From: Lytechinus pictus
Lineage: Eukaryota
DNA: 64,000 nucleotides
NCBI RefSeq assembly: GCF_037042905.1
Contig: NC_087250.1
Coordinates: 22,074,001-22,138,000 of the forward strand
Reading direction: 5' to 3'
Made by a program: the position numbers and the translations under genes. Under the pieces are notes generated by a model, which did no database searches, had not been told where the DNA came from, and saw nothing but the letters and a program-made list of their open reading frames with translations. Below are positions 52,555 through 64,000 of the stretch, piece after piece. The stretch's first letter is position 1, and every line of letters begins with the position of its first letter.

Positions 52555-52760
52555 TTAACGAAAAACAGAACTCAAATTATTTCATATGATGAGGTCATTT
52601 CAGATTCCTTCAATGTTTCATTTGGAGTTCCTCAAGGATCGATCCTCGGTCCTTTGATTTTTCATTTTGTTTATTAATTATCTCCCAGGATGTTCTAAAA
52701 ACTTGAATTTCATTTTTTTTTACTGATGACAACAATACCGATGACACCAACAAAATGAAC
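52555..52760 (+). mobile_element. Degenerate LINE RT fragment
   Basis: NRTQ...GVPQGSILGPLIF followed by a frameshifted TDD-like motif. Confidence 0.7.
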
Positions 52761-53048
52761 TCGCCAACACTTCTCTTCATCTCCTTGTTTTCTCAAGTGC
52801 ATAGAGACTTATTTGTTATGCGCTATAAAAAAGCTGACCGTTATTATTATTATTAGATCTTAAATTCAACAGACAATAGTTTATCGTTGTCACCTGGTTC
52901 GAATTATGAATTATGAAAAGAATATAGATGTTTCAATGCCAATAAACGTACAATTGAAAAATCAAATATTATTTCTTACTTCGAAACATACAAAATGATA
53001 ACTCTTTGCAAAACTTGATAAATTGTATTTTACTAATGATATTAATAG

Positions 53049-53183
53049 GTGGTCTACTTCACAGCGCCATTCCCGTATATCCTTCTGACTATCCTGTTGG
53101 TTAGGGCTGTCACCCTACCCAATGCTCTGGAGGGCATTATATATTATCTTAAGCCAGACATCACAAGACTTAGCGACAGCCAG
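53049..53183 (+). CDS. SLC6 transporter coding exon 5
   Basis: [45 protein letters not shown]; donor GTAAGG. Confidence 0.95.
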
Positions 53184-55084
53184 GTAAGGTTCCACTCCCC
53201 CCCCCCCCCTCTCTCTCTCTTCTCTGCACCTACACTCCTACATTAAGATGGTATCAGGGGCTGCGGAATGGGGGTGCGGGGGCTCCTTGTTCCAAAACCG
53301 TGTAGAGAAACGTAAAATGACCATCTGATTATGATTTCCCTTTTTGCATGATCAGCCCGCCCCCTCCCCAGACTTTCAAAACCGTTTTACGACCCATGGT
53401 ATCATTGAATATAATTGTGAATTGTTTTACGGTGTTGCCACAAAGTCAAGCTAAGCTTCAACGTGGCAACGCCTGCAACCTTCTAAAATCGTCATGTTGT
53501 AGAAAATGCAACCTTGTTCATATTTATTCATGGTTAAATACTTTGTTGTACTAAGTATTTTCTTTGTTATTATGTATATGAAAGGTTGATGGAACAATAC
53601 ATGAGTGAATGAATGTAAATGCAATTAACGCATAGGGCTTACAAAACGTCAATGACAAATAAACGAATTCGGAGTTTCATGATAGTGTTAATGAATGAAA
53701 CCACGATGGTTATTAAACAAATATATCAGGCTTTGAGAAAGAATAGTGAATATACAAACTCTGCTTTTTGGAAACATGTAAGGAATAAACTGATTGTGTT
53801 GATTTATTAACTTATTCAATGGAAAAATTCATAGCTATTCGAAATAACAAAAATATTGTCCACGAACGCAGGTGGCGATACATGACCCAGTGCATGGTTA
53901 TCCACATATATTATGTTACTGTTATGTAATTTCTTATAATGTATCATTTGTATTATTTCAACTGTATTGAGTTGAATGTAGCTTGAGGTGACCAATATAA
54001 TATCATTCAAATTAGAAAGAAATAATAGAAAATGCAAACTATTCAGGAATATTGATTTTTCTCTGAATCAAGTCCCAGACAACCTCGCTCAAAACGAGCT
54101 TGATTGACTGGCAGAGTTTCTTTGTAATCTGTACAGCTATTTCAAAGGATTTGGTTCGAGCTAAAGAATGTCCCATCTTGAGTAGAGGGGTAGTAAAAAA
54201 ATATCCCCAGTAATTATCGATCAACACTCTTTAGCTCACCTGCATGTTATCAGAGAAGATTACTTCTTGTTGATAAAAAAACGGCGCCTATTCATCAATC
54301 ATCTTGACTATTGATCTGATATTACATCGAATGGGGACGTTTTAGAAATGGAGACATCACACTCTTTAACTATAGACACACGGTTTGCAGGGCCATGTGA
54401 ACGTTTAATTTTAACTTGGAGATGTAAATTTGACAAGGGGTTCATTACTAAAATCGTTATGAAGGTATTTTGGTCCCAAGAAATTCGACAAGCAAAAAAA
54501 AAAAAGGGGGGGGGTTCACTAAAAAAATTGGATGTATGTTATTATTTTCCCTAGAAATTTGACAAGCAAAAAAACTTTGAAATTTATAAATTTTGACAAG
54601 CAAAAAAAAAAGAAGTTTCACTTCCAAGTATAGGTCATTTTGCTTACAATTGTTATTTTTAATACCTTTCAGAATTCTAAGGGGTGCTGCCTCTGGAGAA
54701 TAATACACACAGTACCCCCAAGGAAAATCTTGTGGGTGCTTCAGCACCCCCGCTTTCCATATATTTTTCTGATTGTGCACGTGGGGAACGCTAAAAGACT
54801 TAACCGCCCTTTCACACGGTAAATAAAATCGTAATTTGAATGATGATTCCAGTGAAAAATAAGGCTAATGACGAAACCAAACTAGATTGTGATTAGAATC
54901 ACGCACGACTACAATCATCATTACAATGATGATTCAAGATTCACGAGTGAAAAGGCCCTTAGACCAGCATGTATCGTGAATGAAATGCATTGTAATGTAG
55001 AAGCAATCAAGAATATTGATTCTATAACTGCACTCATCATGCTCATAGTCTAGACCCAAACTGCCCCGTTGAAATATGTGAAAC

Positions 55085-55263
55085 TGGGCGTTGTGGCGTG
55101 CGCCTGTAATCCAAGCTGTGGGGAAGTTACAAATTGATGCAGAGGTTCGAGGTTCGAGCCCTGGTCACGTCTTTCGGATGGTGACGTTAAAGGTCGGTCC
55201 CAGACGTAAATAATCATATCTGATTGATACACGTCTGACAAAACTCAAATACACACACACACA
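55085..55263 (+). mobile_element. SINE-like element with 7SL (SRP Alu-domain)-like head, B box, V-domain-like core and (CA)n tail
   Basis: GGGCGTTGTGGCGTGCGCCTGTAATCCAAGCT; GGTTCGAGCCC; GTCTTTCGGATGGTGACGTTAAA; second copy at 45849-46002. Confidence 0.7.
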
Positions 55264-56479
55264 TGTGGGGCCTATAAGCTGGCCAAGTACTGGCTCACTT
55301 GCTTTGTAATATTTTCATCCTGGCTCGTTCAATGGGGGATTTGCTCAAAGATTGGCTTTGAAAAGGGGTACTACTAACTAAGGGCCTTTTCACACGAGAA
55401 TCTTGAATCACTCATTGTAATAATGATTGGAATTCGTCTTTAGAATCACCGGACCTTTCACACGAAAATTCGTACCGTAATTTGGTAAAACTTACTGGAA
55501 TTCACCTCCCGAGTAGAATTTGAATTCGTGATTGTGATTAGCGTTAGTGTTTCTAGTTTGGTTTCACACGTGCTAAAAATTCGTCTTTAGCCTTATTTCT
55601 CACTGGAATCATCTTGAAATTACGATTTTTTTTTATTGTGTGAAAGGGCGCTCAAAAGAACCCCGATAACTATCGATCAATGTTCCTTGCTTCAAAATGC
55701 TTTTGATAGCCCTGGATATCAACTTATTGTCCCTCTTGTAAAGCAGAAGCGAGACATGTCTTTGGTTACCCCCACAAAATGCACAACACCAAACGTATGA
55801 AAGTAAAACAGTTATATGATAAATCAAATACAAATATGTTTTATTCCATAACTTTGTGATTTTACATGAAAAAAATATTTCGATTTCGTACAAAATCGAA
55901 ATAAGATATCAACATTTGTATATTATGAAAACTCTTCCCAGGCATGAAATAAATAGGCCTACATTTTTAGGATAAATAGGCTGCTTATACAATTAAAATG
56001 TGTAATGAAACGTTTCGAGTTTAGAGTTTTTTTCTGAAATACACACATATAATATTTTATTTTTGTTACATGTAACATGCATGTAAATGACAAACGCATT
56101 GTATTTTTTTGTATTTACATGTATTTGTTTGGTATGGGATGTGACACAAATTGCTTTCATATTTTTATTGTTTGGTCGCGGTGTTCTCATTGAAAGTCTA
56201 GAATTTTCATTTGAAATCTACATAGTACATTAATATATTTTTTTTTAAGCACTTAAATGACACTCACATTCTCATTTTTATATTTACTTTGTGAGGTATA
56301 AATGGTCTCTGACATAGGCATTCTTATCATATTTTCTTTGTGACGGCGCTTTAGTGTTGAATATCTGATCTCTTTATCTGGAATTTATATACATAGAACA
56401 TTGATATAATTATTATGTGAATTTAAGTAATGTAAGTAACAATGTTATTCTCATTTATTTATTATATTTACTCTGTAAG

Positions 56480-56583
56480 GTATGGATGGATGCTGCGACA
56501 CAAATCTTCTTTTCATATTCCCTTGGACACGGAGTTCTTATTGCTCTGGGTAGCTACAACAGACACAAACATAACTTCATTAG
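56480..56583 (+). CDS. SLC6 transporter coding exon 6 (TM6; not in the ORF track)
   Basis: Manual translation [35 protein letters not shown]; 104 nt; AG/GT. Confidence 0.95.
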
Positions 56584-56857
56584 GTAGGTAACCAGCAACC
56601 GCTGGGGCGACACGACATTTTCTCCGGCGACGATTGCACGGAGCTTTATTTCCTCTAAGATATATATGTTAAGGTTTAGGGTTGCAATAGAGTTTTATGG
56701 TAGGTTAAGGGTATAGTGTTAAATCCAGGGTTGAAGTTGGTCATTCTATCAATGTGTGGAAATTACATCGGAGAAATTGTCGCCGGAGCAAATGTCATGG
56801 CACCCTCGGTGAAGGACTGCTGGAAGGAGCACAGTGTCACACAGTGTCACACAGTGT

Positions 56858-57112
56858 GAGCGTCTGTCTCACAACCGGGAGGTTGGGGGGTTCAAACCCT
56901 GGCCGCGTCAGACCAAAAGACGTTAAAAGATGGGAGTTGCTGCTACCCTGTTTGGCGTTCGACGATTAAAGGGATAGAGCCTCGTCGATCTGGCGCTGCA
57001 CAGCGGCTGCCGGGCCAACGATCAATTGGGCAAAGCAAATTTTCGGAGTATTTCATTTCATGTCTATTTCGAACAATAAATTATGGATTTATCATTATCA
57101 TTTATCATTTAT
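56858..57112 (+). mobile_element. 5'-clipped tRNA-derived SINE with Meta-like core
   Basis: B box GGTTCAAACCC; ACCAAAAGACGTTAAAAGATGG...TGCTACCCTG.TTGGCGTTC...ATTAAAGGG; (TTATCA)n tail. Confidence 0.6.
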
Positions 57113-58330
57113 CACAGTGTGTTCACAGTGTGGACGATGTGAAAATATTATTCACACTGTAAACATTGCTCAAATTCAACAGTGTGGAGATATTTTCACA
57201 CTGTGGAAACCTCGGCAGTGTGACTGCTCACAGTGTGTTCACATGGTCGACTGCGTGAAAATATTATTCCGAATGTTATCATTGCTCAAATTCAACAGTG
57301 TGGAGATATTTTCACACTGTGAACACCTCGCCAGTGTGACTGCTCACAGTGTGTTCACATGGTCGACTGCGTGAAAATATTATTCCGAATGTTAACATTG
57401 CTCAAATTCAACAGTGTGGAGATATTTTCACACTGTGGAATCCTCGACAGTGCGACTGCTCACAGTGTGTTCACATGGTCGACTGCGTGAAAATATTATT
57501 CAGAATGTTAACATTGCTCAAATTCAACAGTGTGGAGATATTTTCACATTGTGAACACCTCGGCAACGTGACTGCTCACAGTTTGTTCACATGGTCGACT
57601 GCGTGAAAATATTATTCCGAATGTTAACATTGCTCAAATTCAACAGTGTGGAAATCACACTGTGGAAACCTCGACAGTGTGACTGCTCACAGTGTGTTCA
57701 CATGGTCGACTGCGTGAAAATATTATTCCGAATGTTAACATTGCTCAAATTCAACAGTGTGGAGATATTTTCACACTGTGGAAACCTCGACAGTGTGACT
57801 GCTCACAGTGTGTTCACATGGTCGACTGCGTGAAAATATTATTCCGAATGTTATCATTGCTCAAATTCAACAGTGTGGAGATATTTTCACATTGTGAACA
57901 CCTCGCCAGTGTGACTGCTCACAGTGTGTTCACATGGTCGACTGCGTGAAAATATTATTCCGAATGTTAACATTGCTCAAATTCAACAGTGTGGAGATAT
58001 TTTCACACTGTGGAATCCTCGACAGTGCGACTGCTCACAGTGTGTTCACATGGTCGACTGCGTGAAAATATTATTCAGAATGTTAACATTGCTCAAATTC
58101 AACAGTGTGGAGATATTTTCACATTGTGAACACCTCGGCAACGTGACTGCTTACAATTTGTTCACATGGTCGACTGCGTGAAAATATTATTCCGAATGTT
58201 AACATTGCTCAAATTCAACAGTGTGGAGATCAAACTGTGGATACCTCGACAGTGTGACTGTGAACATCGTTTCACAATGTCAATAATTTCTATATGTGAT
58301 TTATCCTCATTCTGTAAAATGCTCAAATTT
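57113..58330. repeat. 116-bp tandem array (~10 units) inside a TIR-bounded element (~56813-58430)
   Basis: Unit CACAGTGTGTTCACATGGTCGACTGCGTGAAAATATT...; degenerate relative at ~22250-22720. Confidence 0.95.
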
Positions 58331-59083
58331 AACAGTGTGAAGATGAATTCACATTGTATTCCTCACTGTGAACACACTGTGACACACACTGTGGAACACA
58401 CTGTGGAAGACAGTGTTCTTTCAATTACGGTTGATACCAACAGTCAATGAATTTTTCACAAACTATTTGTTATAAACTACTAAAATGCCTACTTTTGATT
58501 GGCCAAGAACAAAAAAATTATAATAGACAATGCTGCCAGTAGAGTGAAATTGCAGGGGTTTCCTCCAGCTTGCGGCCTATATCATGTACATATACAGTAT
58601 ATTATATTAAAAGGAACTTAAAGGCAAAATGTGATTCATTCACTTAAATGATGATTATTTAGCAGCGCTTGAAACGCTCGCTCGTAATTATATAGATTAG
58701 AGATAGAGAAACAGATTTGACAAGTTCGCAAATATTGAAATGCTTTTTTTTTTGTTCCTTTCTTCGATTAGTATTGATGAAATATTTAATCCCCATTATT
58801 CTGTGCATGCTGTCAAGCTAGTGAACTATGACATGATTTTGATAAATAATAACAATTATACTTGCTTATATAGCCTTTAAACTTACTGTATCGGAAGTCT
58901 GTGAGTGCTCTACACTAATGCAACCTAATTACCATTTGCTTACGGGGAGAGTAGCTGTTGCGCGCACAAAAACATCAAAATGTAAGCCATGTTTTTTGTT
59001 TATATTGCCGTTAACCACGTTATGATTTATCTTTTAACACTGTTTAATCTTTTTTTTTCCTTTCTTTTTTTTTTGTCTTTCAG

Positions 59084-59208
59084 GGACTCCTTGATATTCA
59101 CTGCTGCTAATTCTGGAACCAGCCTCTATGCTGGGTTTGTCATTTTTGCAGTACTCGGATTCATGGCCGGCCAGCAGGGTGTCAATGTATCAGTGGTAGC
59201 AAAGTCAG
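59084..59208 (+). CDS. SLC6 transporter coding exon 7 (TM7); gene continues beyond the window
   Basis: RDSLIFTAANSGTSLYAGFVIFAVLGFMAGQQGVNVSVVAKSG; 125 nt; the expected next GPGLAF exon was not found before 64000. Confidence 0.95.
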
Positions 59209-59427
59209 GTCAGTGTTTCATAAAGCAGTTCGTAGGTTTAGAAAGACTTTAAGAAGGACTGGTGATCCTTTCTTGTGGTAAATGGTAGAATAAATTGGCG
59301 ACGGCTTAACGCGTAAGAAAGGATCACCAGCAGTAGCGTACCTAGAATTTTCCACAGGGGGGGGGGGTGTTACACCCACAAATGTAATAATCGCCCACAA
59401 ATGTAATAACGCCCACAAACAGGTTAA

Positions 59428-60033
59428 AAGACAAGTCTACCCCAACCATTAGTTAATTTGAATAAAAAGAGAAAAATCCAACAAGCATAACACTAACAAT
59501 TTTATCAAAATCGGATGTAAAATAAGAAAGTTATGACATTTTAAAGTTTTGCTTAATTTCACAAAACAGTTATATGTACATCCTGGGCGGTATGCAAATG
59601 AGGACACTGATGACATCATCCACTCACTATTTATCTTGTATTTCATTATATGAAATATGAAATATTCTAATTTTCTCCTCATCGTCAAGTGAAACAAAGA
59701 TTAATTCCTCCCTGAACATGTGGAATTTGCATTGTTTTAATACTATATGGTTCAGTCAAGTTGGTCCTTATTGTCAAATCTGTAAAAAAATGAAATATTG
59801 TATAATTTAAACAATAAAAAAACAAAACAAATAGTGAGTGATGGACATCATCGACTGTCTCATTTGCATGGCACTGAGATGTGCATATAACTGTTTTGTG
59901 AAAAATAAGCGAAACTTTAAAATGTCATAACTTTCTTATTTTACATCCGATTTTGATGAAATTTTTAACGTGTTTGCTCGTTGGATTTTTCTCTATTTAT
60001 TCAAATCATCATTTTCTGGGGTAGACTTGACCT
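59428..60033. mobile_element. TTAA-flanked MITE family copy 4
   Basis: TTAA|AAGACAAGTCTACCCC...GGGGTAGACTTGACCT|TTAA. Confidence 0.85.
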
Positions 60034-60127
60034 TTAAGAAAGACTTTAAGAAGGACTGGTGATCCTTTCTTGTAGTAAATGGTAGAATAAATTGGCGACG
60101 GCTTAACGCCTAAGAAAGGATCACCAG

Positions 60128-60361
60128 CAGTAGCGTACCTATAATTTTTCACAGGGGGGGGGGGCATAATCGTCCGCCAAAAAATTTGACAAGCAAAAAA
60201 AAAAAAAAAGGATCTTCTTCAACTTCAAAGGAGGGCACTGGTTGCTCGTCACGGATCAGTTATGACTCGTCAGGGAGGCAGGGATAGGTAGGTCCCTTGC
60301 ATGGGTTGTGACTCGTCAGGGGGGCAGTCTGCCCCCACCCCCCCCCCTAGGTACGCTAGTG
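60128..60361. mobile_element. hAT-like MITE, sister of 13047-13361
   Basis: CAGTAGCGTACCTA / TAGGTACGCTAGTG; 8-bp TSD ATCACCAG. Confidence 0.85.
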
Positions 60362-60736
60362 ATCACCAGTCGTTCTTATTCACAACCAAAAAAAAATCAA
60401 GAGAAAAAGAAATAGAGAACTGTGAAATGTTATTATATTAATGCCTGAATATCAGGTCACAATTTATCACAAAATTTGATTTTTTAATAATAATATCAAT
60501 TTTTTGGTGTGCTCGCTTCGTTCACGAGCAACCTTTTACAAATTTTTCCTGATAAGCCATATCTGCCCCCTCAATTATTTTGGCTCATTACGCCACTAGG
60601 ATCCCATATTGATACTTACACAAAGCCATCGTTTGACTTAAAGTCAATTGAAGTCTGCTAAAGACTCAGTCGATGTGACAAGGGGTGGATCCAGGATTTT
60701 GACAATTTGACAAGCCCCCCCCCCAAAAAAAAAAAA

Positions 60737-60768
<32 letters not shown>

Positions 60769-61225
60769 TAGTATTCGTTTAAAAATGGGGGCGGCACACT
60801 TCTCTTGTAACGGTATTTTTTAATTACTAATATTAATTGTGCATCCAAAAGGGGATCCAACAGGGCATTTGACTTATAATTGCAGAGTGTAATATTTACA
60901 TAGAGATATATCTTTATGAATGTCTATGACGAGGCTACACTAAACATACTTAATAGACTTAACATTTTAATATCAAAATTGGGTAATATTAACATATTTG
61001 TTTATTAAAAAACAAGTTGGAATATCATGATTGGGTCACGAATGTGACATGCAATATTGCAAATTAATGGAAGAGCTTTCGGCCATAGGTTTACGCAATA
61101 TGTCTTAACTTTATGTGCTGCACTCAACCCAGGTAAGGTAAATGGGTGTTCTCTAGAATTTGTATTGCCTAGCTTAGCAGGGGTAATAACAGCACCTTGA
61201 TCATTTAACAAGGTGGCTTTGTTAA

Positions 61226-61815
61226 AGGACAAGTCCACCCCCAACAAAAAGTTGATTTGAATAAAAGAGAAAAATCTAACAAGCATAACACTGAAAATTT
61301 CATCAAAATCGGATGTAAATAAGAAAGTTATGACATTTTAAAGTTTCGCTTAATTTCACAAAAAAGTTATGTGCACATCCTGGCTGGTATGCAAATAAGG
61401 ATACTATGACGTCATCCACTCACTATTTCTTTTGTATTTTATTATCTGAAATATGAAATATTCTTATTTTCTCCTCATTGTCAAGTGATACAACGATTAA
61501 TTCCTCCCTGAACATGTGGAATTAGCATTGTTTAATACTATATGGCTCAGTCAAGTTAGTCCTTATTGTCAAATCTATAAAAAATGAAATTTTGTATAAT
61601 TCAAACAATAAAGAACAAAAGAAATAGTGAGTGATGGACATCATCGACTGACTCACCTAGTTGTGCCTATCACCATTTTGTGAAAATTAGCGAAACCTTA
61701 AAATGTCATAACTTTTTTTATTTTACATCGAATTTTGACGAAATTTTCAGCATTATGCTACTTTGATTTGTATCTATTTATTCAAGTCAGCATTTTCCTG
61801 GGGTGAACTTGACCT
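61226..61815. mobile_element. TTAA-flanked MITE family copy 5
   Basis: TTAA|AGGACAAGTCCACCCC...GGGGTGAACTTGACCT|TTAA. Confidence 0.85.
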
Positions 61816-61829
61816 TTAAAAAACATCTA

Positions 61830-64000
61830 CATTGACATTATTATTACCATTGTTGTTGTTATAACTGTTATTATTTTTATTGTTGTTGTTGTTGCTGCTG
61901 CTTTTGTTATTTCATAGCAATGGAGTGCAGTGAACAAATATGTATTGCAATTCGCTTGAGTTGAAACTTTATGTAGTGTACTAGACATTCCTAGTTTCTT
62001 GTGGGTTATTAATGATAATAATGAGACATCACAAAAAAAGAAAGACAGAAATAAATATATAATTGATTATATAAAAAGACTGACCTTATGGATGCCAAAA
62101 AAAAACCATTAGCACTAATTTTACAAAGAAGTTTTAACGCAGCAGTTATTTTTTTTTTGAATATTTTTCTTATTAAAATTATCACTTGTTTCAAAGAAAC
62201 ATTGCCCTATTAAATATATGTTTGTTAAGATTGATGAACCGACATTTTGTAACTAGAATATAATTTAGAAACTAAATAAACGCGTCGTATTTCAGTCAAA
62301 CGTAAGAGATGAAGTCTGTTTTTAAAATTCTGACATAAATTCTGGCGGACCAGAATTAAAGTTTTACATGGTCCAATATTTTACTTATACACTCTATCCC
62401 TGGATTGCCACGAAGATCCATGATTTATAGATAACATCATTCTTGGTTCAAATATTACACATTACCATTCAATTCATAGCTTTGAAGTGAAAACAAATTG
62501 GAGAAAATAAAGAATATTCTTACACCGCTCGAGGAAACCTAAAAATGTTGCTTCATAAATTCAGATTACCCATGGTATTTCAACATCAGCAAACAAACTC
62601 TCTTTATGAATTAATGATCAATAATTCCACCCTCTCTCCACCTCTTCCTTCGCGCGATCTCTCTCTCTCTTTCACTCTTAGATAAGTTAAAAATTATTAT
62701 TTTATTATTATCATCGTTAATATCATTATTATCATCATTTGTTATCATTATTATTGTTACTATTATTATTTATTTATATTATTATTCATTATTATCATTG
62801 CTTGTTACTATTCATCATTATTATTATTATTATTTACTATCATCATTATTATAGTTGCTGTTGCTAATATTATTATTATTATATTCATTATTATTATTAT
62901 AACTGATATATTATTGTTTTTGTTATTCAATATCAATACATTCAGTGAAAAAATGTATGTATTTCAATTTGCTTGATTTGAAACTTTATTTAGTATACTA
63001 GACATGCCTAGTAACTTGTTGGTTATTTTTCATAATGAGACAACACAAAAAATAAAGACAGAAATAAGTATATAATCGATTATATAATCACCAACAGATC
63101 TAGATGCTAAAATACCTAATCACCAATTTCACAGAGTAGTTTTAAAGCATCGTTTTCTTCTTTTAATATCGTTTTTAATAGAAATATTACTTGTTTGAAA
63201 GAATATTGCCCGATTGAATATATATTTCAGTAAAGATCAATGGACCTAATTTTTTTTAACTAGAATATAATATAGAAATTAAATAAACGTATCGCATTTC
63301 GATGTAAACAGTTCAGCGGCTTTAGGTTGTATTATAAAAGCACTTTTGGCAGACCAGAAACAAAAGTTCACATGTTCCAATGTTGTACACTTATGTCCCC
63401 TCCGATCCCCTGGAATGATACGAGAATCCATGAGTTAAAGATAACATTAATCCTTGGTTCAAACACTACAAAATACCATTCAATTCATAGCTATGATGTG
63501 AACACCAACTGGAGAAAATAAGAAACATTGGTACTCCGTTCCAGGAAACCTGAAAATTGCTTCAGATCTCACCCACATTGTTTCAAAATCGCCTAAATAA
63601 ACTCTGTTTACGAATAATGATTCATATTTCCACCCTCTCCCCCTCTCTTATACAAGTTAAAGATCATTATTATTATTATTTTATTATCATTATTATTAGT
63701 AGGAGTAGTATTATAATTGTTATGATTTTCATTATTATTATTATTATTATTATCTATTACATTATTATTTTTATTTATTCATGTCATTATTCATTATTAC
63801 TATTACTTGATACTATTTATTATTATCGTCATTTATTATTATTAAAATAATTATTTGTTATTATTAGTATTATTATTGCTATTTTTATTGCTGCTGTTGT
63901 TGTTGCTGTTGTTATTTCATAGCAATGCATTGCAGTGAAGCTATGTATTGCAATTCGCTTGAGTTGAAGCAGTATGTAGTGTATGAGACATGCCTTGTTT
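61830..64000. repeat. Diverged ~1-kb tandem repeat (two full units plus start of a third) separated by (ATT)n tracts
   Basis: CAGTGAA...TATGTATT.CAATT.GCTTGA.TTGAA recurs at ~61928, ~62943 and ~63933; downstream blocks are colinear. Confidence 0.8.

Noticed and set aside
55085..55263. A true 7SL (SRP) RNA gene
   Set aside because: Similarity is confined to the first ~45 nt; no S domain or oligo-T terminator, and it ends in (CA)n.
57113..58330. CRISPR array or repeat-protein ORFs
   Set aside because: Whole 116-bp units are near-identical with no unique spacers; the ORFs are frame-cycling artefacts in an intron.

Overview
Eukaryotic, AT-rich, repeat-dense genomic DNA, most likely from a sea urchin (inferred from echinoidin-like lectins and the repeat landscape). 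Four host genes are supported. (1) A dynein light chain LC8 (minus strand, single coding exon) with a probable RFX X-box/CCAAT promoter about 4 kb upstream. (2, 3) Two tandem secreted EPN-type C-type lectins (minus strand, both 164 aa, identical 267+228 nt coding exons). (4) The first seven coding exons of an SLC6 GABA/taurine/creatine-type transporter (plus strand, runs off the window). Most of the remainder is nested non-autonomous DNA transposons (hAT-like with 8-bp TSD, TTAA-flanked MITEs, Mutator-like foldback, Helentron/HINE-like), tRNA-type SINEs, a young 5'-truncated L2/CR1-group LINE, a Penelope fragment, satellites and microsatellites. The most notable observations are two copies of a short element whose 5' end resembles the Alu domain of 7SL (SRP) RNA joined to a V-SINE-like core, several exact templated copies of nearby DNA captured in or next to mobile elements, and unusual substrate-pocket residues in the SLC6. 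All calls were made by eye; comparisons to reference proteins and RNAs are from memory and no database search was run.
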